Below, in pieces: positions 47,781-56,797 of a DNA stretch of 64,000 nucleotides (the first letter of the stretch is position 1; each line of letters begins with the position of its first letter). Source of the DNA: an uncultured Nitrospinaceae bacterium (GTDB lineage Bacteria > UBA8248). The notes beneath the pieces are model-generated. The model worked only from the letters and a program-made list of their open reading frames with translations, did no database searches and had not been told where the DNA came from. The position numbers were made by a program, and so were the translations under genes. The DNA lies in NCBI GenBank assembly GCA_964005815.1, contig CAXFSR010000043.1:64001-128000 (forward strand), given 5' to 3'.

Positions 47781-48869
47781 CTAATTTGAAGGAAGAAAGA
47801 CACCGCCCTTCAAAACAAAAATATCGTAGTTTCCCGAAACATCACCATTAGAATCAAATTTAATTCTACCAGAAGCACCATCAAAAGAAATACCTGAAAG
47901 CTTAGCTTGTATTTCACTACCGCTACGGGCACCTTTACTAACTGCAATAGAAATAGCTTTCAATGCATCATATGCCTGTGCAGCAAATGGACCAGGAGAT
48001 TTCCCATAGGCTTTTTTATGCCTTTCAGCAAAAAGAGTTGTTCCAGAACTCACAGAAGTAACAACAAGTCCCTCACCTGAACCAGCTGAGCCCTTAGATA
48101 CTGCATCACTCTTAAGACCTTCAGAACCAAATAACGCAGATTTTATTCCAAGTTCTTTTATTTGTTTTAAAGCAGCAACAGCAGATGGAGGAGAATTACT
48201 GATAATATAAATCGAGTCTGGGCTGGAAGATTTGATTTTTGTTAATTGTGTCCTCAAATCTGTCGAGTCTCTTTTAAATTTCTCTTTTGCAACAATTTTA
48301 CCTCCAGCATTAGCAAAACTCTTTGTAAGAACCTTCGCAAATCCCATCCCATACTCTTCGTTACTAAATAAAATAGCTAGCTTTCTATGTCCTTTAGAAA
48401 AAACATATTTCGCACCAAAATCTCCCTGCAATGCATCACTTGGAACGGTTCGAAAAATATAAACACCTGCATTTGTAATCTTAGGACTTGTTGAAGACGA
48501 ACTGATCATTACAACTTTATTACGCTCGGCTATCGGAGCAGCTGCTAAAGTTGCACCAGAACAAACTTCACCAACAATTGCAGAGACTTTATCTATTGAA
48601 ACTAATTTATTAATAGCATTCACAGCATCCTTTCCACTACACTTAGAATCTTCATAGACTATCTGCAATTTTTTCCCAGTTTCTTTATTTGCTAAATCAA
48701 CTCCATTTTTTATACTCAATCCATAACTTGCAGCACCACCAGTCAGAGGAGCCATAAATCCTATTTTGACGACTTTTTCATAAGCGTTTAATTTGGAAAA
48801 CGAGAAAGTAAAAAAAACAAAACTAACAAAAACAAACAACACAGAAAGAAAAAATTGAGATCTCTTCAT
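47781..48869 (-). CDS. HAAT-family (LivJ/K-like) periplasmic binding protein
   Basis: KIG...PLTG..A.YG, ED..C, VG..CSG.TLA, FRT.PSD..QG, AYDA; ATG 48869 after GGAG. Confidence 0.9.
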   Translation of the reverse strand: MKRSQFFLSVLFVFVSFVFFTFSFSKLNAYEKVVKIGFMAPLTGGAASYGLSIKNGVDLANKETGKKLQIVYEDSKCSGKDAVNAINKLVSIDKVSAIVGEVCSGATLAAAPIAERNKVVMISSSSTSPKITNAGVYIFRTVPSDALQGDFGAKYVFSKGHRKLAILFSNEEYGMGFAKVLTKSFANAGGKIVAKEKFKRDSTDLRTQLTKIKSSSPDSIYIISNSPPSAVAALKQIKELGIKSALFGSEGLKSDAVSKGSAGSGEGLVVTSVSSGTTLFAERHKKAYGKSPGPFAAQAYDALKAISIAVSKGARSGSEIQAKLSGISFDGASGRIKFDSNGDVSGNYDIFVLKGGVFLPSN

Positions 48870-48961
48870 AACTATCTCCATATTTTGGCTTAAAATATAA
48901 TTTAAATACTATCTTACGAAAAAATTAAATTAAAAACAAAGAATAATGAAAAAACTACAAT

Positions 48962-49837
48962 TTATGTTTGAGAAAAACCAATTAAAATCATTCCAAAAAC
49001 AGTCACAAATACCCCAAAAACCATAGTGCCTCGAATACGTTCAGACCTTCTCAAAAAGATTGCTGTTAAAAGTAATGAAAATATAGGAGAGGAGGTGATT
49101 ATCGGAGTTACAACACTGACGTCTCCGTACATAACTGAATAATTCATGCAGAATTGTGAAATGCTATTTAAAATTGCAGCAATTAACACAAGAAAAATCA
49201 CTTTCGATCCTGCCCAACGATACAAGTCAGGATCAATAAATTTCTTCATTCCAAAAAGTGTTAATAAACCTATAAAATTTGACCAAGCAACAGTTAAAAA
49301 TGGATTCGGCATACTCTCCAATCCGATTTTTCTTATAAAAATACTCAAGCTAATTAGAAAAGCACTTAAAAATGCCCAGGCAATTCCTTTCTGAAAAAAA
49401 CTTTTATCTGTACGCTCATAACTTACTAAAACTACTCCAGATACTACAAGAACAGTTCCTACAACAAGAATATAGTTCGGATTTTCACCTAAAAATAAAA
49501 TCGCAAGAATAATTCCATAAAATGGGGCTGTACTAACTATCGTGGTCAACCTTGGGGGACCTAATTCCCATAAAGCTCTGTAAAAAACATATCTTCCAAA
49601 ACTATACGCCAAGACACCCAGCAAACCGAACCAGAATAAACCTCTGAACGAAATCTGTCCTGATTCATATGTTATTATCCCAAGAGTAAAGAGTATTACA
49701 AAATTCACTACATTAGTTAAAATTGTTGCTGCAAGGTGCCCTAAGACCTTTAAAGGTCTGGATAAAATAACTACTTGTATAGCTGCGAGTATCGAAGTTC
49801 CAAAAGCCCAAAAAATTCCAATAAAGTTATCCGACAT
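48962..49837 (-). CDS. EamA/DMT family transporter
   Basis: 10 TM, FLGE, GDVSVV.PI, FL...E. Confidence 0.86.
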   Translation of the reverse strand: MSDNFIGIFWAFGTSILAAIQVVILSRPLKVLGHLAATILTNVVNFVILFTLGIITYESGQISFRGLFWFGLLGVLAYSFGRYVFYRALWELGPPRLTTIVSTAPFYGIILAILFLGENPNYILVVGTVLVVSGVVLVSYERTDKSFFQKGIAWAFLSAFLISLSIFIRKIGLESMPNPFLTVAWSNFIGLLTLFGMKKFIDPDLYRWAGSKVIFLVLIAAILNSISQFCMNYSVMYGDVSVVTPIITSSPIFSLLLTAIFLRRSERIRGTMVFGVFVTVFGMILIGFSQT

Positions 49838-50003
49838 AGGTTCCTTTGAAATGAAAAATCCATCGTAGAGTGGTTAATACAATATACATAACTTACAAAA
49901 TAAATGGAGCCACAGAACAGAAAAAATGAATAAAACTTTTTATAAATTGATCTTCTCTTTCAGTTGAGACTAATATACTTAATCTAAAAATTAAGGAGAA
50001 AAT

Positions 50004-50405
50004 ATGTTTAACAAAATACACCATCTCGGAATAGCTGTTAAAGATATGGATGCTGCCATAAAGTTATACGAATCTGCGGGCGCAAAATTACTTGGAAGGG
50101 AACCATCTAAAGATGGGAACACAGAACTAGCAATGCTCGATCTTGGAGGTGATTTAATTGAACCGATTTCACCTCTAAACGAAGATTCAGGGGTACACAA
50201 ATTCATAGAACAAAATGGCGAGGGCCTTCATCACGTCGCGTATGATGTAACAGGAATAGAAGATGTGATGGCTAAACTAAAAGAACAAAAAATTGAACTC
50301 ATAGATGAAGTTCCTAAACCTGGATTCATGGGACATACGATAGCTTTCATTAAACCGGAAAGCACAATGGGAACTCTATGGGAATTAGTAGAAGACACAC
50401 ACTAA
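50004..50405 (+). CDS. mce: Methylmalonyl-CoA epimerase (VOC family)
   Basis: IHHLGIAV.D, LIEP, KF....GEGLHHVAY.V, LIDE.P..G, F..P....G.L.ELVE. Confidence 0.8.
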   Translation: MFNKIHHLGIAVKDMDAAIKLYESAGAKLLGREPSKDGNTELAMLDLGGDLIEPISPLNEDSGVHKFIEQNGEGLHHVAYDVTGIEDVMAKLKEQKIELIDEVPKPGFMGHTIAFIKPESTMGTLWELVEDTH

Positions 50406-50417
50406 AAGAAGAAAAAA

Positions 50418-51473
50418 ATGTCACAAAAACTAAAAAATAAAACCTTCTATTCCTTTATTGCTTGCGGGGATATAGCAATCAATAGAAAGTCTGGAGAAAA
50501 TACTTTTGGAAAGCTAACAAATATTTTTCAAAACTCCGACTTTACTTTTGGGAATCTTGAACTACCCTTAAGCAAGATCGGGAAAAAGCAACCAGAGAAA
50601 ATATGTCTTCGCGGAGATCCTGCGATGGCAAATATCTTAAAAAATGCTGGCTTTAATCTTATGGCTTTCGCTAATAACCACGCTCTCGATTATGGGGAGA
50701 AAGCATTTCTGGAAACTATAGATTTAATGCGTTCTAAACAAATACTAATCGCAGGCGCAGGGAAAAACCTAAAACAATCGAGAGAACCCGCTATTATTGA
50801 AAAAGAAGAATTAAAACTAGGCATGTTGTGTTTCAGTTCTATAATTCCAAATGGATTTGACGCACAATCTAACAGGCCTGGAATTAATCCCATTCGCATA
50901 AATACAAAATATATTTTCAAGGGAGGCAAACACGAATATCCTGGCACACTTCCTGAAGATAAAACCTACACTTTACAAAAAGATTTAGAAAGAATGAAAA
51001 AAGATATTCAAGCTTTAAAAAAGAAGGTTGACGTTGTTTTAGTTAATCATCACTGGGGAACATCTATGACTCACAAAGTAAAAGATTTCGAAAGAGAAAT
51101 TGCTTATGCCTCTATAGATTCTGGAGCTGACATCGTCTTAGGAGGTCATCCACATGTACTCCAAGGGATCGAATTCTACAAAAAGAGACCTATTGTATAC
51201 AGTATGGGAAATTTAATCTTCGACTTTGACATACCTTTCTTTACCGAAGCAACTAAACAAACTTTCATTTTCGGTTGCAAATTAAATAAAAACGGAGTCA
51301 AGGATCCCTACTTGATCCCATGCAAAAATAACGCATGGGAAAAACCGAAAATATTAAACCCAAGAAAAGGAAACGGCCGAACTATTTTACAATCTATCAA
51401 TGAACTCAATCTTCCATTTTCAACTAAAACAAAAATCAAAAATTCTATAATAAAACTTTACCCAGGAAATTAA
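50418..51473 (+). CDS. CapA-family metallophosphoesterase-like protein
   Basis: GDI, GNLE, ANNHALDYG, HWG, GGHPHVLQGIE, YSMGN. Confidence 0.88.
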   Translation: MSQKLKNKTFYSFIACGDIAINRKSGENTFGKLTNIFQNSDFTFGNLELPLSKIGKKQPEKICLRGDPAMANILKNAGFNLMAFANNHALDYGEKAFLETIDLMRSKQILIAGAGKNLKQSREPAIIEKEELKLGMLCFSSIIPNGFDAQSNRPGINPIRINTKYIFKGGKHEYPGTLPEDKTYTLQKDLERMKKDIQALKKKVDVVLVNHHWGTSMTHKVKDFEREIAYASIDSGADIVLGGHPHVLQGIEFYKKRPIVYSMGNLIFDFDIPFFTEATKQTFIFGCKLNKNGVKDPYLIPCKNNAWEKPKILNPRKGNGRTILQSINELNLPFSTKTKIKNSIIKLYPGN

Positions 51474-51829
51474 CTCGCTACACCTGAAGAATCTTTCACA
51501 GGACTCTTCATAATAATAGCTGTCATTTTTCCACCTACAGCCGCCGTTTTATGTTCCATTCCAGATGGAATGTATGCTACTAATCCAGGCCTAAGTTCCA
51601 TTTTTACCCCGTGAGTTTCGGTATAACCTTCCCCAGACAAAACCCATATGATTTCTTCTTGTCCCGGATGGCTATGAGGCTCATGAGGTGTTTCTGGATC
51701 ATATTCCGTAATACCTGCCCGCAAATGCTCTGACCCATTTGCATCTGGTCCAACAATTACTTTGGAAGTTCCCCACTCCACTTCCTGAAACGGAATTTCG
51801 TCAATTTTAAACACATTTTTTTCTGGCAT
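51470..51829 (-). CDS. Cupin domain protein
   Basis: H.PHSHPGQEEI.WVLSG.G, IP.G.EH; ATG 51829 after GAGGAG. Confidence 0.83.
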   Translation of the reverse strand: MPEKNVFKIDEIPFQEVEWGTSKVIVGPDANGSEHLRAGITEYDPETPHEPHSHPGQEEIIWVLSGEGYTETHGVKMELRPGLVAYIPSGMEHKTAAVGGKMTAIIMKSPVKDSSGVAS

Positions 51830-51875
51830 TTTTCTCCTCAAAACAATGAATAAATTTTAAAAAATAGTTTTACTA

Positions 51876-52922
51876 CTACAAACGAACTCTGATTTCCTTA
51901 CCACATTCCTCAGTAGAAAGGCTCCCACCTAAATCAGGAGTTCTACATCCATCTGCTATAGAACTTTCAACTGCTTGCCGAATCAAAGATGCTCCTTCCT
52001 CACATCCTAGATGATCTAGGATAAGAGCACCAGTAAGAATTGATGCAACAGGATTAGCTATACCCTTTCCAACAATATCTGGAGCTGTTCCGTGCACCGG
52101 TTCAAAAAGAGATATGCCGTCAACATTCATATTTACAGAGGGTGCAAGTCCAATACCTCCTGCCAAGCCCGAGGTTACATCACTTAGGATATCACCATAC
52201 ATATTATTAGTGACCAAAACATCAAAATCTGAAGGGTGTTGGATTAATTCCATAGCAACCGCATCAATATGTTTAGCTTCTGAATCTATATGACTAAATT
52301 CTATACGAACTTCCTCAAAAATTCTTCTCCATATTCCTCCAGCATATTTCAAACCACTCGCTTTATCCGCCATTGTCACTTTTTTCCTGTGATGTCTTTC
52401 AGCATACAAAAAAGCGGATCGGATAATTCGTTCAACCCCTTTATATGTATGAATTTCTTCCTGCACTGCAATCTCATCTTTTGTACCTTCCTTAAAAAAA
52501 CCACCCATATTCACAAAAAGACCTTCGGTATTTTCACGTACAACAACATGATCTATTTCTCCTGCTTTCTTATTTTTGATAGGGGTCAAATCTTCATGAT
52601 AAAGTCTGGAAGGACGAATATTTGCATACAGATCTAATCCGAAACGAAGACCAAGCAGTATCTGTTCTTGCACAATAGAACCTCCTACCCTTGGATCTCC
52701 AACTGCCCCATGGAAAATACCATCAAAGTTTTTAGCAAGAATTTCGCAAGCGTCCTCTGGAAGAGCGCTACCTTCTTCCAAATAACGATCACTTCCCCAA
52801 TCAAAATGCTCAAATTCAACTTTAAAATTTGCAGTTTCTGCAGCCTGCAACAAAGTAGCTTCTGCTTCAGGCATTACTTCTTTCCCAATTCCATCTCCTT
52901 GAATAACTGCAATTTGAACCAT
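51876..52922 (-). CDS. Isocitrate/isopropylmalate/tartrate dehydrogenase family enzyme (LeuB type 2-like)
   Basis: GDGIG.EV, GAVGDP, LR..LD.YANIRP, VRENTEG, N..GDILSD, EPVHG.APDI.GKGIANP. Confidence 0.88.
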   Translation of the reverse strand: MVQIAVIQGDGIGKEVMPEAEATLLQAAETANFKVEFEHFDWGSDRYLEEGSALPEDACEILAKNFDGIFHGAVGDPRVGGSIVQEQILLGLRFGLDLYANIRPSRLYHEDLTPIKNKKAGEIDHVVVRENTEGLFVNMGGFFKEGTKDEIAVQEEIHTYKGVERIIRSAFLYAERHHRKKVTMADKASGLKYAGGIWRRIFEEVRIEFSHIDSEAKHIDAVAMELIQHPSDFDVLVTNNMYGDILSDVTSGLAGGIGLAPSVNMNVDGISLFEPVHGTAPDIVGKGIANPVASILTGALILDHLGCEEGASLIRQAVESSIADGCRTPDLGGSLSTEECGKEIRVRL

Positions 52923-53063
52923 TGTAATTCTCCAAAGTTTTATTATGTAATCAAATTTATTTTCTCAAACAAATATTTTCGTGTAAACCATGTTCGTCAC
53001 AACCGATAAATATGTTTTAATAAGTTTAAATTATAACTCATACAGATATAGAAAGGCGTTCAC

Positions 53064-54161
53064 ATGGTTGAGTCTGGAGAATTACCCAAAGGAACGGTTC
53101 GGTATCCTGCCGAATTTGTGAAAGAATTTGCTTATAAAGTATTCGCTTCGGTCGGTGTTCCTGATGAAGACTGCAAACTTATTTCCGAAGTTTTAATTAG
53201 TGCTGATCTTAGAGGTATTAGAAGTCACGGAGCTGCACGTTTAACTTTCTTTATGGTTCGCCTTGGAAATGGAGTAATAAATAATAAACCAAAAATGATT
53301 TTCAATCGTGGCAGCAACACTACTGGCACCCTAGATGCTGACAATGCACTTGGCATAATTTCTTCAAATCGTGCGATGGAAGAAGCTCTTAGTATGGCCG
53401 AAGAACATGGAAGTGGTTTTGTCGCAGTACGAAACAGCAATCACTTTGGTTACGCAGGTTATTGGGCAAAGAAAGCAATGGAAAGAGGATTTATTGGAAT
53501 CAGTATGTCTAACGGTGGAAGAAGGTCTACTGCGACTTTTGGAGCTGAAGCAATTTTTGGAACAAATCCAATGAGTGTCGCTATTCCTGGAGGACCTGAG
53601 AAAACTGACTTCCATTTAGATATGGCAACTTCAACAGTCGCAGTTGGGAAAATTGAAACCGCACTGAGAGAAGGGAAAAAAATTCCAAAAGGATGGGTGC
53701 CAGAAGCATACGGAGAACCATCCTTGAACGAAAAAAGTATTCTTAATTATGACGTTCCTCTACTTCCTCTAGGAGGAGAAGGAGATTCTACAGGTGGGCA
53801 TAAAGGATATGGATTGTCCTTAATGGTTGATCTTTTATGCGGTGTATTAGCAGGTTCAAATTTAGAAGAACGAATGGCAGGTGCAGGTGGAAACAGCAAG
53901 GCGGGCACAGGGCACTTTATGGGTGCAATAAAACTGGAAGGATTTCGTTCTCCTTCTTTAATTCATGATGAAATGTCCGAAATGTTTTCTACTATCAGAA
54001 ACTCAAAAAAAGTAGAAGGCGAGGACAAAATCTACATACACGGGGAACCTGAAAAGTTCTCGGAGGAAGAAAACCTAAAACTTGGAGTCCCTATTACTCC
54101 CCCTATAAGAGAACAGATGATTGAATTAAACAAGGAACTGGGACTTGGATACGAATTGTAA
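53064..54161 (+). CDS. Ldh_2 family oxidoreductase (ComC/AllD/YbiC-like)
   Basis: ADLRG..SHG, NSNHFG, GTNP, LDMATS.VA.GK, GHKGYGL. Confidence 0.92.
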   Translation: MVESGELPKGTVRYPAEFVKEFAYKVFASVGVPDEDCKLISEVLISADLRGIRSHGAARLTFFMVRLGNGVINNKPKMIFNRGSNTTGTLDADNALGIISSNRAMEEALSMAEEHGSGFVAVRNSNHFGYAGYWAKKAMERGFIGISMSNGGRRSTATFGAEAIFGTNPMSVAIPGGPEKTDFHLDMATSTVAVGKIETALREGKKIPKGWVPEAYGEPSLNEKSILNYDVPLLPLGGEGDSTGGHKGYGLSLMVDLLCGVLAGSNLEERMAGAGGNSKAGTGHFMGAIKLEGFRSPSLIHDEMSEMFSTIRNSKKVEGEDKIYIHGEPEKFSEEENLKLGVPITPPIREQMIELNKELGLGYEL

Positions 54162-54178
54162 TTAAAGAAAAAAGGATT

Positions 54179-54739
54179 TTATTGGGTTAGTTTATTGAAA
54201 TATTCTATTGTTTTTTTATCATCCCATTTTCTTGGTCCAACTATTTTTTGAATTAACATTCCTTTTGCATCTATTACAAAAGTCTCTGGTACTCCTTTAA
54301 CAGAATACAATTTTTTTATTTTATGACGAGGATCTAAAGCTACAGGAAATGAAATTTTATATTTCTTCACAAATTTCCTGACAACATCTGCCCCCAAAGC
54401 ATCTATACTTACAGCAACAATTTCAAATTTCTTGTTCAAACTTTTTAGACTTTGATAAAGATTCTCCAAAGAAGGCATTTCATCTAAACATGGGATACAC
54501 CAACTAGCCCAAATATTTAATAAAATTACTTTCCCTTTAAAATTAGAAAGTTGAATTATATTTCCATCTAAATCCGGGAAAGAGAAATCAGGAACTGCCA
54601 GACCTCTTTCCAATACAACTTTCATGTTTTTTTCATCATAATCTATTCTGTTGAAATGACTTAACACACCCCATAAAATAGTTATTACAAAAGGGATAAG
54701 AAATATCGCAAAAGCTATTTTTCCTGATTTTTCTTTCAC
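54179..54739 (-). CDS. TlpA/ResA/CcmG-like membrane-anchored thioredoxin
   Basis: N-terminal TM, N.WASWCIPC..EMP, GVPETF. Confidence 0.88.
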   Translation of the reverse strand: MKEKSGKIAFAIFLIPFVITILWGVLSHFNRIDYDEKNMKVVLERGLAVPDFSFPDLDGNIIQLSNFKGKVILLNIWASWCIPCLDEMPSLENLYQSLKSLNKKFEIVAVSIDALGADVVRKFVKKYKISFPVALDPRHKIKKLYSVKGVPETFVIDAKGMLIQKIVGPRKWDDKKTIEYFNKLTQ

Positions 54740-54784
54740 TTAAACCTCTTTGAGAAAAAAGACAGAAAGAGAAAACTTTTGAAA

Positions 54785-55387
54785 TCAATCCTTTGATTTC
54801 GATAGTATATATTTAATAAGTCCGAAAGCATCATTAGAATCCCATTCTCGGGGACCTTTTGAATATGCAACAAGATATCCTTCTCTATCTATTAAAAATG
54901 TTGTAGGAATTGATCTAACTTCATAATTATACTTAGCATTATCTTTTGGATCGTATGCAATTGGAAAAGTTAGCTTAAGATCCTTAACAAACTTTTTGAT
55001 TTTAACAAAATCTTCACTATCAAGTGAAATCGCAAGTACTTCCAGCCCCATATCTTTAAATTTCACATAGGCCTTCTCCATCGAAGGCATTTCTCTGACA
55101 CAAGGGGGACACCAAATAGCCCAAAAATTTACAAGAACAACTTTCCCCAAGAATCTATCTAGTCCATATAAATCTCCACCTAGGGAACTCAAGGCCAAAT
55201 CAGGAGCTTTCTTTTTGAGTGGCAATACCACAAAACCCATCTTAGAGAATAACGAAGCAGCACTTTCTCCGACAAAACTGTTCTTAGATTGTTCTTTGGA
55301 AATTTTAAAGCTATTTTCAAAAAGAAGCACAAAGAGAATTACAAAAACAGCGAAAAAAACAGACAAAAAAAAGGAGATCTTAAACAA
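54785..55387 (-). CDS. TlpA/ResA/CcmG-like membrane-anchored thioredoxin
   Basis: N-terminal TM, NFWA.WCPPC..EMP, SIPTTF. Confidence 0.88.
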   Translation of the reverse strand: MFKISFFLSVFFAVFVILFVLLFENSFKISKEQSKNSFVGESAASLFSKMGFVVLPLKKKAPDLALSSLGGDLYGLDRFLGKVVLVNFWAIWCPPCVREMPSMEKAYVKFKDMGLEVLAISLDSEDFVKIKKFVKDLKLTFPIAYDPKDNAKYNYEVRSIPTTFLIDREGYLVAYSKGPREWDSNDAFGLIKYILSKSKD

Positions 55388-55425
55388 AACTATTCCTTTA
55401 AAAATCGAAAGAAAATTGTATTCTA

Positions 55426-55899
55426 TTAGCCATCAAAATTATTCAACTCTCTTTCCACTCTCGAATCCAATTCAACAGCTCTTTCATTGTGTTTTTCTTC
55501 AAGAATATCTTCTTCACTCTTTAACCAAGAAAAAATTAGAATCGAAAAAATTAACAACCCAGACAAAAAAACAATAAAAGGAAGTAGCCAGGAAGTAATC
55601 AGAAACCCTTCTGATGGAGGTACTGAAAGCACCGTCTTTCCGTAAACTTCAACAAAATAGGAAATAATCTCTTCTTTTGTTTTCCCTTCTCTTATCTGTT
55701 TTTTTACAACTTCTCTCAACTGAGAGCCTTCTGAACTAGGACAATCTGACAACATCTTTCCTGGACAAACAGGACTCATTAGTGACTTAGAGACATCTTC
55801 ATACGTGGTTTTCGCACCCTCTGAAAGATGAACTGATATATCCAAAAACATAAGAAGAATTAGAATACTCAAACAACTAAATCTACAAAATTGTTTCAT
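55426..55899 (-). CDS. ccmH: Cytochrome c biogenesis protein CcmH (SxxC variant)
   Basis: LMSPVCPG, G.T.EEI..YFV..YG..VL..PP, WLLP and a C-terminal TM; ccm operon context. Confidence 0.8.
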   Translation of the reverse strand: MKQFCRFSCLSILILLMFLDISVHLSEGAKTTYEDVSKSLMSPVCPGKMLSDCPSSEGSQLREVVKKQIREGKTKEEIISYFVEVYGKTVLSVPPSEGFLITSWLLPFIVFLSGLLIFSILIFSWLKSEEDILEEKHNERAVELDSRVERELNNFDG

Positions 55900-55901
55900 C
55901 G

Positions 55902-56027
55902 CTAATTTCGTCCAATTTGACTTTCTTCATTTTTCTCCTCTAACAAACCACATCTGACTATCAAGCGAGTTGCATAAATGAAGATAGATAAATAAAAAAC
56001 TAGATACGCAGAAATTACGTAAGACAT
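55902..56027 (-). CDS. ccmD: CcmD-like small membrane protein (41 aa; not in the ORF track)
   Basis: MSYVISAYLVFYLSIFIYATRLIVRCGLLEEKNEESQIGRN: YV.SAY motif, one TM, charged tail; AAGGGA RBS; directly after ccmC. Confidence 0.75.
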   Translation of the reverse strand: MSYVISAYLVFYLSIFIYATRLIVRCGLLEEKNEESQIGRN

Positions 56028-56042
56028 GTATTTCCCTTTAAA

Positions 56043-56774
56043 TTAAAACTCTTTCATATTGATTAATTTTCCAATTTTATATCTTTTTCTGGATAGATAT
56101 ATGAAAAGCATCAAAACAGAGAAGCAAGAACTCCACAAAGCTATGTGCATGCTCGTGGGCAAATCTGCCATCCCTCCACTTCGAATCACTACTGGTGCCG
56201 GATGGAGTGTTCTCCACCAAACAACAGAATAATGAACTATTGGAACATTCAAAAAACTAAATATACCTAGAACTGCTGACAATCTAGCTCTTCGTTCAAA
56301 TTCATCTATATAGGAACGCAACATTAAGTAAGCAACATACAACAACCATAGTATTAAAGAAGTAGTAAGTCTTGCATCCCAAGTCCACCACACTCCCCAT
56401 ATTGGCTTTGCCCAAATAGGTCCTGTAATAAGTACCAAAGTATTAAAAAATACCCCTACCTCTGCGAATGAATTTGCAAGAAGGTCATCTGTGTTTTTAC
56501 TTGTATATAAATACTTTATAGAAAAGATAAAAACTAGAAAAAAAGCTAGAAAAGAAATCCAGGCAGATGGAACATGTATATAAAAGATCTTTTGTGGAAC
56601 AGACTGGAATCTATCTAATTTCGCTATATAAAAGATTGAATAAAATGCCCAAACAAGGGAAGTCAAAGAGAAAATACCTAGCAACCTATTTAAACCCTTC
56701 TCTAATTTTATTAATAAAATTAATAACGAGAAAAAAACTACCAATATAAATAACAGATACAAGACAAACCTCAT
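56043..56774 (-). CDS. ccmC: Heme exporter CcmC
   Basis: IFYIHVP, WAKPIWGVWWTWDARLT (WWD domain), SV.WWRTLHP. Confidence 0.93.
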   Translation of the reverse strand: MRFVLYLLFILVVFFSLLILLIKLEKGLNRLLGIFSLTSLVWAFYSIFYIAKLDRFQSVPQKIFYIHVPSAWISFLAFFLVFIFSIKYLYTSKNTDDLLANSFAEVGVFFNTLVLITGPIWAKPIWGVWWTWDARLTTSLILWLLYVAYLMLRSYIDEFERRARLSAVLGIFSFLNVPIVHYSVVWWRTLHPAPVVIRSGGMADLPTSMHIALWSSCFSVLMLFIYLSRKRYKIGKLINMKEF

Positions 56775-56797
56775 TAATTTTAAATTTGTTTCAGAAA

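Noticed and set aside
50418..51473. Poly-gamma-glutamate capsule locus
   Set aside because: No capB/capC and no membrane anchor
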